Assembly: GCA_020343435.1 (NCBI GenBank)
Contig: CP070794.1
Span: 239,558 to 303,557 of the forward strand
Length of the DNA stretch: 64,000 nucleotides
Source: an archaeon
Lineage (GTDB): Archaea > Nanobdellota > Nanobdellia > Pacearchaeales > UBA284
Direction of reading: 5' to 3'
The notes beneath the pieces were generated by a model. The model searched no databases. It was not told the origin of the DNA and worked only from the letters and a program-made list of their open reading frames with translations. The position numbers were made by a program, and so were the translations under genes. Each line of letters starts with the position of its first letter. Position 1 is the first letter of the stretch. Positions 7,034 through 15,251 of the stretch are shown piece by piece.

Positions 7034-7244
7034 TTTTCACCATAAATTGTATGTTTTGTATAGAAATACACAACCACTAGTATTTAAGCTTTATTGTGCC
7101 AAAAAACACATTTTTTTTAGAAATTGTTATTTTTGAATGAAAATTGTCAGATACAATATATCTATAGTTTTTTGGAGTTATTTAAATACCATTTATAAAG
7201 ACCGTAACCTCTTTAAATGATCAAATTCAGAGAGTTATTATATC

Positions 7245-7664
7245 ATGAAGAAAAAAAATAGATCAAAATGGGATGGTAGAAGAAGACCAATTGTTTCCCA
7301 GCGTAGAAGAAGAAGTGTAGAAGATACTCTCCCAAGTTTTTCATATAGACCTTCTGCTGATGAAGTTTTAAGAGTTGCACATAGGGTGAGATATGCTCAT
7401 CCTCCTGAGAACCCTAAAAGATCTGCGATCGCGGCTTGTTTAAAACCTAAGGGAGGATATAGGTTAATTTCTTTTCAAATAGGTAAAAATGAAGGGCAGG
7501 GAGATGTTGTTTCTCTTCCCTTGGAATATGGGGTAGTTCAAGAACTTAGTTTGGACGAGTTTGCTGGTTTAGAAATTCCCCCACCAGTTAGGCAGCAATT
7601 ATATAAAGCAAGAGGACAAAAAGATCCAAGAGCTTATATTTTACAAGTTGCAGAGGCAGAATAA
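7245..7664 (+). CDS. Hypothetical protein with a strongly basic N-terminal arm (ORFan class)
   Basis: MKKKNRSKWDGRRRPIVSQRRRRS... ; CTTTAAAT lies 34 nt upstream of the ATG. No family recognised. Confidence 0.5.
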   Translation: MKKKNRSKWDGRRRPIVSQRRRRSVEDTLPSFSYRPSADEVLRVAHRVRYAHPPENPKRSAIAACLKPKGGYRLISFQIGKNEGQGDVVSLPLEYGVVQELSLDEFAGLEIPPPVRQQLYKARGQKDPRAYILQVAEAE

Positions 7665-7695
7665 CTTTTATAAGTTTAATTTATGTGTTCTTTAA

Positions 7696-8565
7696 ATGAA
7701 AACAATTGGAATTCCAAATGCTTCGAGAATTAGGTATTATAAAACTTTATACAAAGTTTTTTTTGAAACTTTAGGATTTAAAGTTGTAATTTCTCCAGAA
7801 ACAGATAAAAGAATTGTTGATTTGGGTGTTCATAACAGTGAAACTGACTTTTGTTTTGCTATAAAGATCTTTGTTGGACATGTTTTAGATCTAAAAGATA
7901 AATGTGATTATGTTTTTATTCCTAGTTTAGCAGGAGAGAATCCTTATTATTGCCAGTATCATGTTAGTTTACCTAATATTATCTCTACTTTATTTCCAAA
8001 AATTAAAGTTTTAACAGCAGAGATAAAACAAAACGGTGAAAGATTAGAAAGAATTGCTAGGAAATTAGGAAAATCAGATAAAGAAATAGGGATGGCTCTA
8101 AAAAAAGGTCAAGAAGCATGGAAACAAGAGAAACTAGAGCAGATAAGAAAAGAAGAATTAAAGTTCAAAGATAAAAGAAGAAAAATAGCAATTATTGGTC
8201 CAGAAAATTACATAACTAAAGATAAATTTTGTTTAATGAATATTCCAGATTTATTAGAAAAAGAGAATATTGTTCCTGTATTCTTTAATCCTTCAAAATA
8301 CAAAGAACATTATAATCCAGGTTATAGATATAATTGGATTATTGAACAAGAAGTAATGACAGAATTAATAGATGCAATTAAAGATAAGAGAATTGATGGA
8401 ATTGTTTTCATTAGTCCATTTAGTTGTGGTCCTTTGTTCTTGATCCATGAAGAAATAATATTAAAACATCCGGAAAAGAAGTTTTTAGTATTAAATGTAG
8501 ATGAATCACAGAATGAAACAAGAATTAAAACTAGAATTGAAGCATTTTTAGATATTTTAAAATGA
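7696..8565 (+). CDS. DUF2229-like subunit of a BCR/HAD-type (acyl-CoA dehydratase/activase-related, PlsA-like) complex
   Basis: IGIPNASRIRYYKTLYKVFFETLGFKVVISPETDKRIVDLGV... matches my memory of the CoA-enzyme-activase uncharacterised domain. ATGA overlap with the next gene. Confidence 0.65.
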   Translation: MKTIGIPNASRIRYYKTLYKVFFETLGFKVVISPETDKRIVDLGVHNSETDFCFAIKIFVGHVLDLKDKCDYVFIPSLAGENPYYCQYHVSLPNIISTLFPKIKVLTAEIKQNGERLERIARKLGKSDKEIGMALKKGQEAWKQEKLEQIRKEELKFKDKRRKIAIIGPENYITKDKFCLMNIPDLLEKENIVPVFFNPSKYKEHYNPGYRYNWIIEQEVMTELIDAIKDKRIDGIVFISPFSCGPLFLIHEEIILKHPEKKFLVLNVDESQNETRIKTRIEAFLDILK

Positions 8566-9638
8566 AAGTCTCATTTTACCATGTTGGAAATACTTGGATT
8601 GCATTAAAAGCAATGTTCGATAAATTGAAAATTCCTGTAGTTGCTCCACCAGAAATAACTCAAGCTTCAATTACTTATGGGATAAAACACTCTCCAGAAC
8701 AAGTTTGCGAACCTTTCAAATATATTTTAGGAGAATATAAACAATGTTTAGATGCTGGAGCAGATACTTTTTTCTATATTGGAAGTACAAGTAGAGAAGG
8801 ATGTAGATTAACTCAGTTTGGAGTTGGAATGAAAGATATTCTGAGAAGACAGGGATATAAGATTGATGTTATTGGTTGGGGCGATGAATCATTAAAAAAG
8901 AATTACTTCCAGATTAAGAAAGCAGCTCCAAAATTAACTTTCTTGCAATTCACATTTTTAGAATTATGGATTATTATTAAATTATCTTATATAGAATGGT
9001 TAGAAGATTTTGTTAATCAGTTAAGACCTTATGCAATTAATCCTAAAGATTGTAGTAAACTCTTAAAACAAGGACTTGAACTCATTGATAAATCTCAAAA
9101 TGTGTTTTCATTATTCTCTACTAAACAAAAAATTAAGAGATTAGGTAAAAAGATTAAACAAGATAGAACAAGAAAACCAATTCCAGTTATTGTTGTTGGA
9201 GATCTTTACTTAGTATTGGAACCTGCCATTAATAACCATATTTTTGAAAAACTTGGAGAAATGGGGCTCATTCCTTACAGAAGTTTCTATTTGAGTCATT
9301 TCCTAAGAAGATCTGGAAAAGTTATTGGACCATGGGGAAAAAATACTTTTAGATATAAATTCAAGCATGCTAAAAAATACATGGATAAAACACTAACTTT
9401 TGGGACTTTAGAATCTGTAGGAGATACTGTGAGATTATTACAAGAGAAGAAGATTAAAGGAATTGTTCATATGCATAGTTTTACTTGTATGCCTGAAGTA
9501 ATTAATACTGTAATCTATAAAAAGATAGCAAAAGATTTTAATGTGCCTTTATTGTTATTGGGATTAGGAGAGCATCATACAGAAGCTCATCAAGAAACAA
9601 GATTAGAGGCATTTGTTGATGTTTTAAAAAATGGATAA
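8562..9638 (+). CDS. 2-hydroxyacyl-CoA dehydratase D-component-like subunit (HGD-D / PlsR-like)
   Basis: Position and general pattern: VVAPPEITQASITYGIKHSPEQVCEPFKYILGEY and the C-terminal ..HSFTCMPE... Overlaps both neighbouring genes. Confidence 0.6.
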   Translation: MKVSFYHVGNTWIALKAMFDKLKIPVVAPPEITQASITYGIKHSPEQVCEPFKYILGEYKQCLDAGADTFFYIGSTSREGCRLTQFGVGMKDILRRQGYKIDVIGWGDESLKKNYFQIKKAAPKLTFLQFTFLELWIIIKLSYIEWLEDFVNQLRPYAINPKDCSKLLKQGLELIDKSQNVFSLFSTKQKIKRLGKKIKQDRTRKPIPVIVVGDLYLVLEPAINNHIFEKLGEMGLIPYRSFYLSHFLRRSGKVIGPWGKNTFRYKFKHAKKYMDKTLTFGTLESVGDTVRLLQEKKIKGIVHMHSFTCMPEVINTVIYKKIAKDFNVPLLLLGLGEHHTEAHQETRLEAFVDVLKNG

Positions 9639-10566
9639 ATACTTAGGAATTGATGTTGGAAGTGTAAGTTGTAATCTTGCAATTGTAGATGGAAAAAAAG
9701 TAGTTTATAGTTCTTATGCAAGAGTTCATGGTAGACCAATTGAAACTTTACAAAAAGAATTTAGTAAACTAAAGAAAAAACATCCTAAAATTCAGATCTC
9801 AGGAGTTTGTTGTACAGGAAGTGCAAGATTCTTAGTAGGACATTTAGTTGGAGCAGATATTATAAAAAATGAAATAACAAGTCATGCAAGAGGAACTTTG
9901 AATTTTGTTCCAAGAGTTAGAACGATTCTAGAGATTGGTGGTCAAGATAGTAAAATTATATTATTAAAAAACAAAAATCCCATAGATTTTGCTATGAATA
10001 CTGTTTGTGCTGCTGGAACAGGTTCTTTTTTAGATCAACAAGCAGCTAGATTGGGTATTGGAATTGAGAAATTTGGAAATGAAGCTTTGAGAAGCAGAAA
10101 AGGAATCACAATTAGGGGAAGATGTGGGATATTTGCAGAATCTGATATTATTAATAAACAGATTATGGGACATAAAAGAGAGGATATTATCAAAGGATTA
10201 TGTCATGCTCTTGTTAGAAATTATATGAATAATGTTGCTAAAGGTAAGGAAATTGTTTCTCCTGTTGTTTTACAAGGAGGAGTTGCAGCAAATAAAGGTA
10301 TTAAAAAAGCATTTGAACAAGAATTGAAAGTTAAAGTGATTATTCCAAAACATTATGATGTTATGGGGGCTATTGGAGCAGCTTTAATTGCTCAAGATGC
10401 TAAGATTAAGAAAACTAAGTTTAAAGGACTTAAAATAGCTAAAACTAAGTTTAATGTTGGTTCTTTTGAATGTAAAGATTGCGCTAATAAGTGTGAAATT
10501 GTTAAGTTATCTGAGAAAAGAAAACATATTGCTCATTTAGGAAGTAAATGTGGTAAGTATGAGTAA
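9631..10566 (+). CDS. BadF/BadG/BcrA/BcrD-type ATPase (HgdC-like activase) with a Cys-rich C-terminal tail
   Basis: LGIDVGSVS, EIGGQDSK, NTVCAAGTGSFLD and RCGIFAESD are activase motifs including the cluster-bridging Cys. The tail is FECKDCANKCEIV..GSKCGKYE. Confidence 0.85.
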   Translation: MDKYLGIDVGSVSCNLAIVDGKKVVYSSYARVHGRPIETLQKEFSKLKKKHPKIQISGVCCTGSARFLVGHLVGADIIKNEITSHARGTLNFVPRVRTILEIGGQDSKIILLKNKNPIDFAMNTVCAAGTGSFLDQQAARLGIGIEKFGNEALRSRKGITIRGRCGIFAESDIINKQIMGHKREDIIKGLCHALVRNYMNNVAKGKEIVSPVVLQGGVAANKGIKKAFEQELKVKVIIPKHYDVMGAIGAALIAQDAKIKKTKFKGLKIAKTKFNVGSFECKDCANKCEIVKLSEKRKHIAHLGSKCGKYE

Positions 10567-10568
10567 AT

Positions 10569-11324
10569 CTAATCTTTTGGTGGTTTTGCTTTATTCCAGT
10601 GTTGCATATAGTAAGCTTTATAGTGTTTTACTAAATCTTTACTTGTTATAACAACAGCTGTTTCAATTTCTGATAAAAAATTTAGAAGTATTATTTTATC
10701 TTGAAATATAATTGTGGTTGCTGGAAAAACATCTCCAGAAAATCTTATTATTTTTTTAATAAAATGCCATCTATCTGGATATGCTTTCTGGAAATCTTTT
10801 TTATATTTTATGTTGTCCATAATTCTAACTTTTAATTTTTTTAAATATCTTAAATAACCGACTTTATACCAAAAATCTTTTGATTTTTCTGAAAATTGAT
10901 CTTCACTTATTGAAAAACTGAACCATTCTTCCCCTTCTTTTGAATTTTCAATTAAATCAACAACAAAATGTGTAATGGATTTCATTCCCTCATATATCTC
11001 TACAGATTGTTTACGTTTAGATAAAGAACTTATCTTCTTTAGATCTGGAAGTATCTCTTTTACTTTTCTTTCTTTATCTTTTAATATAGATAGGAGAATG
11101 TTTGGATTTTTAGCTTGGAAATATTTTATTTTTCCTTTTAATACATGATTTACTAGGCCCTTATTATGTAATGATTCTAAAACCGAATAAATTTTAGATT
11201 GTGGAACCAAACATTTCTTGACTAAGGGTCCGGTTGTTGTTGAACCTAGTTCTGATAATGCCAAATAAGTTTGGGCTTCCCAGGCATTTAATCCAATTTG
11301 TCTCAGGATCTCTTCATGTTTCAT
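10569..11324 (-). CDS. TrmB-family transcriptional regulator
   Basis: N-terminal wHTH LNAWEAQTYLALSELGSTTTGPLVKKCLVPQSKIYSVLESLHNKGLV plus a TrmB-type C-terminal domain length. Confidence 0.75.
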   Translation of the reverse strand: MKHEEILRQIGLNAWEAQTYLALSELGSTTTGPLVKKCLVPQSKIYSVLESLHNKGLVNHVLKGKIKYFQAKNPNILLSILKDKERKVKEILPDLKKISSLSKRKQSVEIYEGMKSITHFVVDLIENSKEGEEWFSFSISEDQFSEKSKDFWYKVGYLRYLKKLKVRIMDNIKYKKDFQKAYPDRWHFIKKIIRFSGDVFPATTIIFQDKIILLNFLSEIETAVVITSKDLVKHYKAYYMQHWNKAKPPKD

Positions 11325-11427
11325 ATTATAAAAAATGAATTACAATATAAAAACTTTTCTATTTACTTACTACAATGGTGGTAAATAAGCTTTAAATTAG
11401 AAATTAGGGGTGTTTTTTTGTACTAAA

Positions 11428-11988
11428 ATGAAAAGAACATATGTATGCTATGGAAATGAGAGAAGTTCTGTATTAGAGGCAGCCTCAACTTTATTTAATC
11501 CTCATCAAGATATAACTTATTCGTCAGGAGGAGTCAAAGGATGGGTAAGGGAAGGACAACCATTAGATGAACCATTAATAGATTGCGCTTTAAAAGTAGA
11601 GCCTGCCCTTGAAACTCTTTTAACAGAAAGAAGAAGACGTTCCTTTACTAAACAAGAATTAGAAGATAGTGCTCTAGTTTTAGGAGTAGATAATTACCTC
11701 TTAAGAGAAGTTCTACCAAAAATGGGAATTAATGTTACTGACAAATATCAACCAGTTTTAAGGTTTGCTGGTTTAAAAGCAGAAAGATTAGGAGAAGATT
11801 TAGATTGTGCAAGTAACCCTATTGAGAGGAAAGTTGCAAAATACATTCAGAAGGTAGATATGCCTGCTGGCCAAGCCCATTACTTTAGTTTAGAAGGAGC
11901 TCAATTTTTTGAAAGGACAGCTGAAGCATACAAAGCAATGGTTAAGGATCTGATTAGAATTGCAAAGAGTGTTTCTAAAAATGGTTAG
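11428..11988 (+). CDS. Hypothetical protein (ORFan class), 8-nt overlap with the downstream swivel-domain gene
   Basis: I prefer ATG 11428 over track GTG 11410 because TTTAAATT at 11391 is only 19 nt from the GTG. No family recognised. Confidence 0.5.
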   Translation: MKRTYVCYGNERSSVLEAASTLFNPHQDITYSSGGVKGWVREGQPLDEPLIDCALKVEPALETLLTERRRRSFTKQELEDSALVLGVDNYLLREVLPKMGINVTDKYQPVLRFAGLKAERLGEDLDCASNPIERKVAKYIQKVDMPAGQAHYFSLEGAQFFERTAEAYKAMVKDLIRIAKSVSKNG

Positions 11989-13444
11989 TTTTACTTATGT
12001 TTCAAAAGATGAAAAACAAAGATATAAGAAAGTCTTTGAAAGAAATTATCCCTTAGGACACTTCGATTTACAATTTGAAAGCTTGATTGGTTTCTGGAAA
12101 GAATTTTTTAAAACACATACTTCTTTTGCAGAAGTTTTAAGAGTTATCCTCCCAAAAAAAGGAAGTGCAGAAATCTATTTTAGAGTAGATAAATATTTGA
12201 GACTTTTAAAAGAGTTAAAAGAAAATCTTGATAAGGATAAAACTTATTTTGATTATATAGTTGATCTAACCTTAAAAACAATAAAAGAATTTAGAGATAT
12301 GGTTAATAATCCTTCTCCAATTTTAGAAAAACTAAGCTCCATTAAAAAAGAAAGTGTTCTAGAAGCAATTAATGATTACTTACTCAAATGCTCCCAAGTA
12401 ATCACTATCTCCTGGTCTTTTGATATGTTTGGGGATGCTTTAATTGATAGGATGGTGGATCTATTGAATAAAGAAGGTAAATATTCTGAAGAAACTACGA
12501 AAATGATCTTATCTAAAGGAATTCTAAGTATATTTATCAAAGAGAAAAAAGAATTCTTAAGTCTTATGAGAAATATAAAAAATAAAAGCAAAGAAGAAAT
12601 AAATGAAGCATTACAGAAGCATTTAAAAAAATGGTATTTTATTGGAATGGGGACTGTAACAGAAAAGCCCTTTTCAATTGAAGATTTTGAAAATAAATTC
12701 GATTTTTTTAAAGATAAGGATTTAGACCAAGAAATCAAAAGAATAGAAGAACTCAAAAACAAAGAAGATAAAGAAATCTCAAAATTTATTAATGATTCTA
12801 ATCTTTCAAGGAGACTTTTGGAAGCCATAAATCAAATCAGGAAATATATGAGCTTTAAAAATAATGAAAGAGTCATGCTTCATGATTATACTTTTAAAAG
12901 TTTCACCATTTTTAATAAGATAAAGAAGATTTGTTCCTATGAAGACCACAGATTTATCTTCTTTAAAGATGTTATTTCATTTATTAAAGAGGAGATAGAT
13001 CATCAAGAACTTTTAGAAAGAGCAAAAAGAAGGGAGAATAAAAGATATGAACTCTTGGTTGAAGATGATCAACTTAAAATAAAAGAAATAGAAAAACAAA
13101 AAGAAGTTTTTGTTGGTGGGAATCTATTCAAGGGGCTTGCTGTTAGCAAAGGTTTTATGAGGGGCCCGATAAAAATAGTGAAAGATCCCTCTAAAGAGCA
13201 TCAAAAACTGAATAATGGGGACATTCTTGTTACATCTATGACTACTCCCAATTTTGTTCCCCTAATGGAAAGAGCTGCAGCAATCATAACAGAAGAAGGA
13301 GGAATGTTGTGCCACGCTGCTATTGTTTCAAGAGAACTTGGAATTCCAGCAGTTGTTGGTGTGCGCGGAATTATGAGTAGTTTAAAAGACGGAGATTTGG
13401 TTGAAATAGATGCTGAAAAAGGAATTGTTAAAATTCTGAAATAG
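11981..13444 (+). CDS. Protein with a C-terminal PEP-utilising-enzyme mobile (phosphohistidine swivel) domain and an unassigned K-rich N-terminal ~370 aa
   Basis: C-terminus GDILVTSMTTPNFVPLMERAAAIITEEGGMLCHAAIVSRELGIPAVVG is the swivel-domain signature with the catalytic His. No ATP-grasp or PEP-binding signature was recognised upstream. Confidence 0.7.
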   Translation: MVSFTYVSKDEKQRYKKVFERNYPLGHFDLQFESLIGFWKEFFKTHTSFAEVLRVILPKKGSAEIYFRVDKYLRLLKELKENLDKDKTYFDYIVDLTLKTIKEFRDMVNNPSPILEKLSSIKKESVLEAINDYLLKCSQVITISWSFDMFGDALIDRMVDLLNKEGKYSEETTKMILSKGILSIFIKEKKEFLSLMRNIKNKSKEEINEALQKHLKKWYFIGMGTVTEKPFSIEDFENKFDFFKDKDLDQEIKRIEELKNKEDKEISKFINDSNLSRRLLEAINQIRKYMSFKNNERVMLHDYTFKSFTIFNKIKKICSYEDHRFIFFKDVISFIKEEIDHQELLERAKRRENKRYELLVEDDQLKIKEIEKQKEVFVGGNLFKGLAVSKGFMRGPIKIVKDPSKEHQKLNNGDILVTSMTTPNFVPLMERAAAIITEEGGMLCHAAIVSRELGIPAVVGVRGIMSSLKDGDLVEIDAEKGIVKILK

Positions 13445-13496
13445 ATTCAAAACGTTTTTATAGCAATGAATTCTTAATTAATTAAAAGAGGTTAGA

Positions 13497-15230
13497 ATGC
13501 TAGATATTGTAGCTAATGCTGTTGGATCTTTACAAGGAGCAATAGGACCCATAGCAGAATCTCAAACATTATTATTTAGTATCACAATTATTGTTGTTGT
13601 AGCAGCTATTTTTGCTTTTATTTCTAAAGCTTTAAAACAAGAATTAATTCCAGCGTATATTCTCGCTGGAGTTATCATTGGTCCATTAGTATTGGGATTA
13701 GTTAGTAGTATAGGTTTAATTAGTTCTTTAGCTGAAATGGGAATTGCTTTCTTATTATTTACTGCAGGTTTAGAGATAAGTGCTTCTAAAATTAAGAAAC
13801 AAGCTATGCCATCTGTGTTTGGAAGTGTATTTGAGATGATAATAATTGGTATTATAACTTTCTTAATAGCGGTAGCTTTGAAATTCCAGAGTGCAGAAGC
13901 AATTTATCTTGCAATCATGTTAGCATTTAGTTCAACTGTTTTAGTTGTTAAAGTCTTATCTGATAGAAGAGAATTAAATACAGTTCACGGAAGAATTTCT
14001 GTAGGTATTTTATTAGTTCAGGATGTAGCTGCTGTGATTGTTTTATTGTTATTGAATAGAAGTCTAGCTTTCTCAACTATCTTTGTTGCAATCTTACAGT
14101 TTGTTTTATTAGTATTAATTGCATTATTCTTAAATAAAACAATTCTAAAGCCATTGTTTAGATTTGCATCTTCATCCTATGAGTTATTATTCTTAGCTAC
14201 GTTAGCATTTGTATTTATATTTGCAATTTTAGCACATGCATTTAACATATCTATTGTTATTGGAGCATTTATAGCTGGATTAGCGTTATCTAATCTTCCA
14301 TATAAGTTTGAAATAGAGAGTAAGATTAAACCTTTGAGAGACTTTTTCACGATTATATTCTTTGTATCTTTAGGTATGTGGCTAACTGCCTTAAACATGA
14401 ATAAAATATGGTTACCATTTATTATTTTCCTAGCAGTTATCTTGTTTGTCAAACCATTAGTTATAGCAATTGCAATAAGATTAACTAGGTATAAACCTAG
14501 AACTAGTTTAAAGATTGGATTTGGATTAGCGCAGATTAGTGAATTTTCATTAATAATAGCATTAATAGCTATAGGAACTAATTTAATTACTCCAACAACT
14601 TTCAATTTAGTTATTCTATTAGCTATTGTAAGTATGGCTGTAACTCATTATCTTAGTGGAGCAAACACATTCTTCTTTAGAAGTTATAAGAATTTCTTAC
14701 ATTTATTTAGAAAAGTTCCCACGCATAAAGAAATAGAACCTTATCAACCTCAGAAAAAAACGATCTTGTTATTGGGTTGTCATAGGATGGGAACTATTTT
14801 CTTAAAAGGATTAAAAAAACATCATCATAAAATTCTAGCTATTGATCATGATCCAGATATTATTAAAGCTCTGATTAAACAGAAGATCTCTTGTATATAT
14901 GGTGATGTAATTAGTAATGAAATTCTAGAGATCTTACCATTCCCAGAACTTAAAGTTGCTATATCCACAATTCCAAGTGTTGATGATAATATATTCTTAA
15001 TTAAAAAACTTAAGAGGAAAAATAAAAATATTTTTGTTGTTGTAACAACAGAAAGAATTCACGATGCTAGTAGATTATATGATATGGGAGCAGATTATGT
15101 TATTGTTCCTGCTGTAGTAAGTGGTGAAAATACTTTAGATATGATATTAAAGATGAGTAAAAGGCAGTTTGGTAAGTATAAGAAAGACCACATGAAATAT
15201 CTTAAAGAATTACACAGATACCTTTATTAA
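13497..15230 (+). CDS. Kef-type monovalent cation:proton antiporter (CPA2) with a C-terminal RCK/TrkA-N domain
   Basis: About 12 TM segments followed by ILLLGCHRMGTIFLKGL (Rossmann GxGxxG-like) and a TrkA-N-like region. Confidence 0.85.
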   Translation: MLDIVANAVGSLQGAIGPIAESQTLLFSITIIVVVAAIFAFISKALKQELIPAYILAGVIIGPLVLGLVSSIGLISSLAEMGIAFLLFTAGLEISASKIKKQAMPSVFGSVFEMIIIGIITFLIAVALKFQSAEAIYLAIMLAFSSTVLVVKVLSDRRELNTVHGRISVGILLVQDVAAVIVLLLLNRSLAFSTIFVAILQFVLLVLIALFLNKTILKPLFRFASSSYELLFLATLAFVFIFAILAHAFNISIVIGAFIAGLALSNLPYKFEIESKIKPLRDFFTIIFFVSLGMWLTALNMNKIWLPFIIFLAVILFVKPLVIAIAIRLTRYKPRTSLKIGFGLAQISEFSLIIALIAIGTNLITPTTFNLVILLAIVSMAVTHYLSGANTFFFRSYKNFLHLFRKVPTHKEIEPYQPQKKTILLLGCHRMGTIFLKGLKKHHHKILAIDHDPDIIKALIKQKISCIYGDVISNEILEILPFPELKVAISTIPSVDDNIFLIKKLKRKNKNIFVVVTTERIHDASRLYDMGADYVIVPAVVSGENTLDMILKMSKRQFGKYKKDHMKYLKELHRYLY

Positions 15231-15251
15231 ACCTTAATTTTTCTAATAGTC

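Noticed and set aside
6558-7136. ORFs 6558-6920 and 6924-7136 on the + strand across nrdR.
   Set aside because: They are antisense to a clearly identified nrdR and encode hydrophobic low-complexity translations typical of AT-rich antisense frames.
7149-7163. Imperfect palindrome AGATACAATATATCT, considered as a candidate NrdR box.
   Set aside because: Only the left half resembles the bacterial consensus (acaCwAtATaTwGtgt), and no second box lies at the expected ~31-bp spacing. It sits more than 110 nt from the nrdR start. It is kept only as a pointer in the NrdR finding.
12376-14605. Antisense ORFs 12376-12828 and 14177-14605. The same reasoning applies to 15284-15592, 16372-16563, 17959-18180, 18279-18714, 19320-19556, 26046-26375, 33717-33899, 36135-36374, 38301-38729, 39270-39467, 45577-45828, 51074-51286, 55927-56157, 56374-56652 and 58556-58888.
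   Set aside because: All are shorter than, and fully nested in, well-supported genes on the opposite strand. Their compositions are typical of shadow frames.
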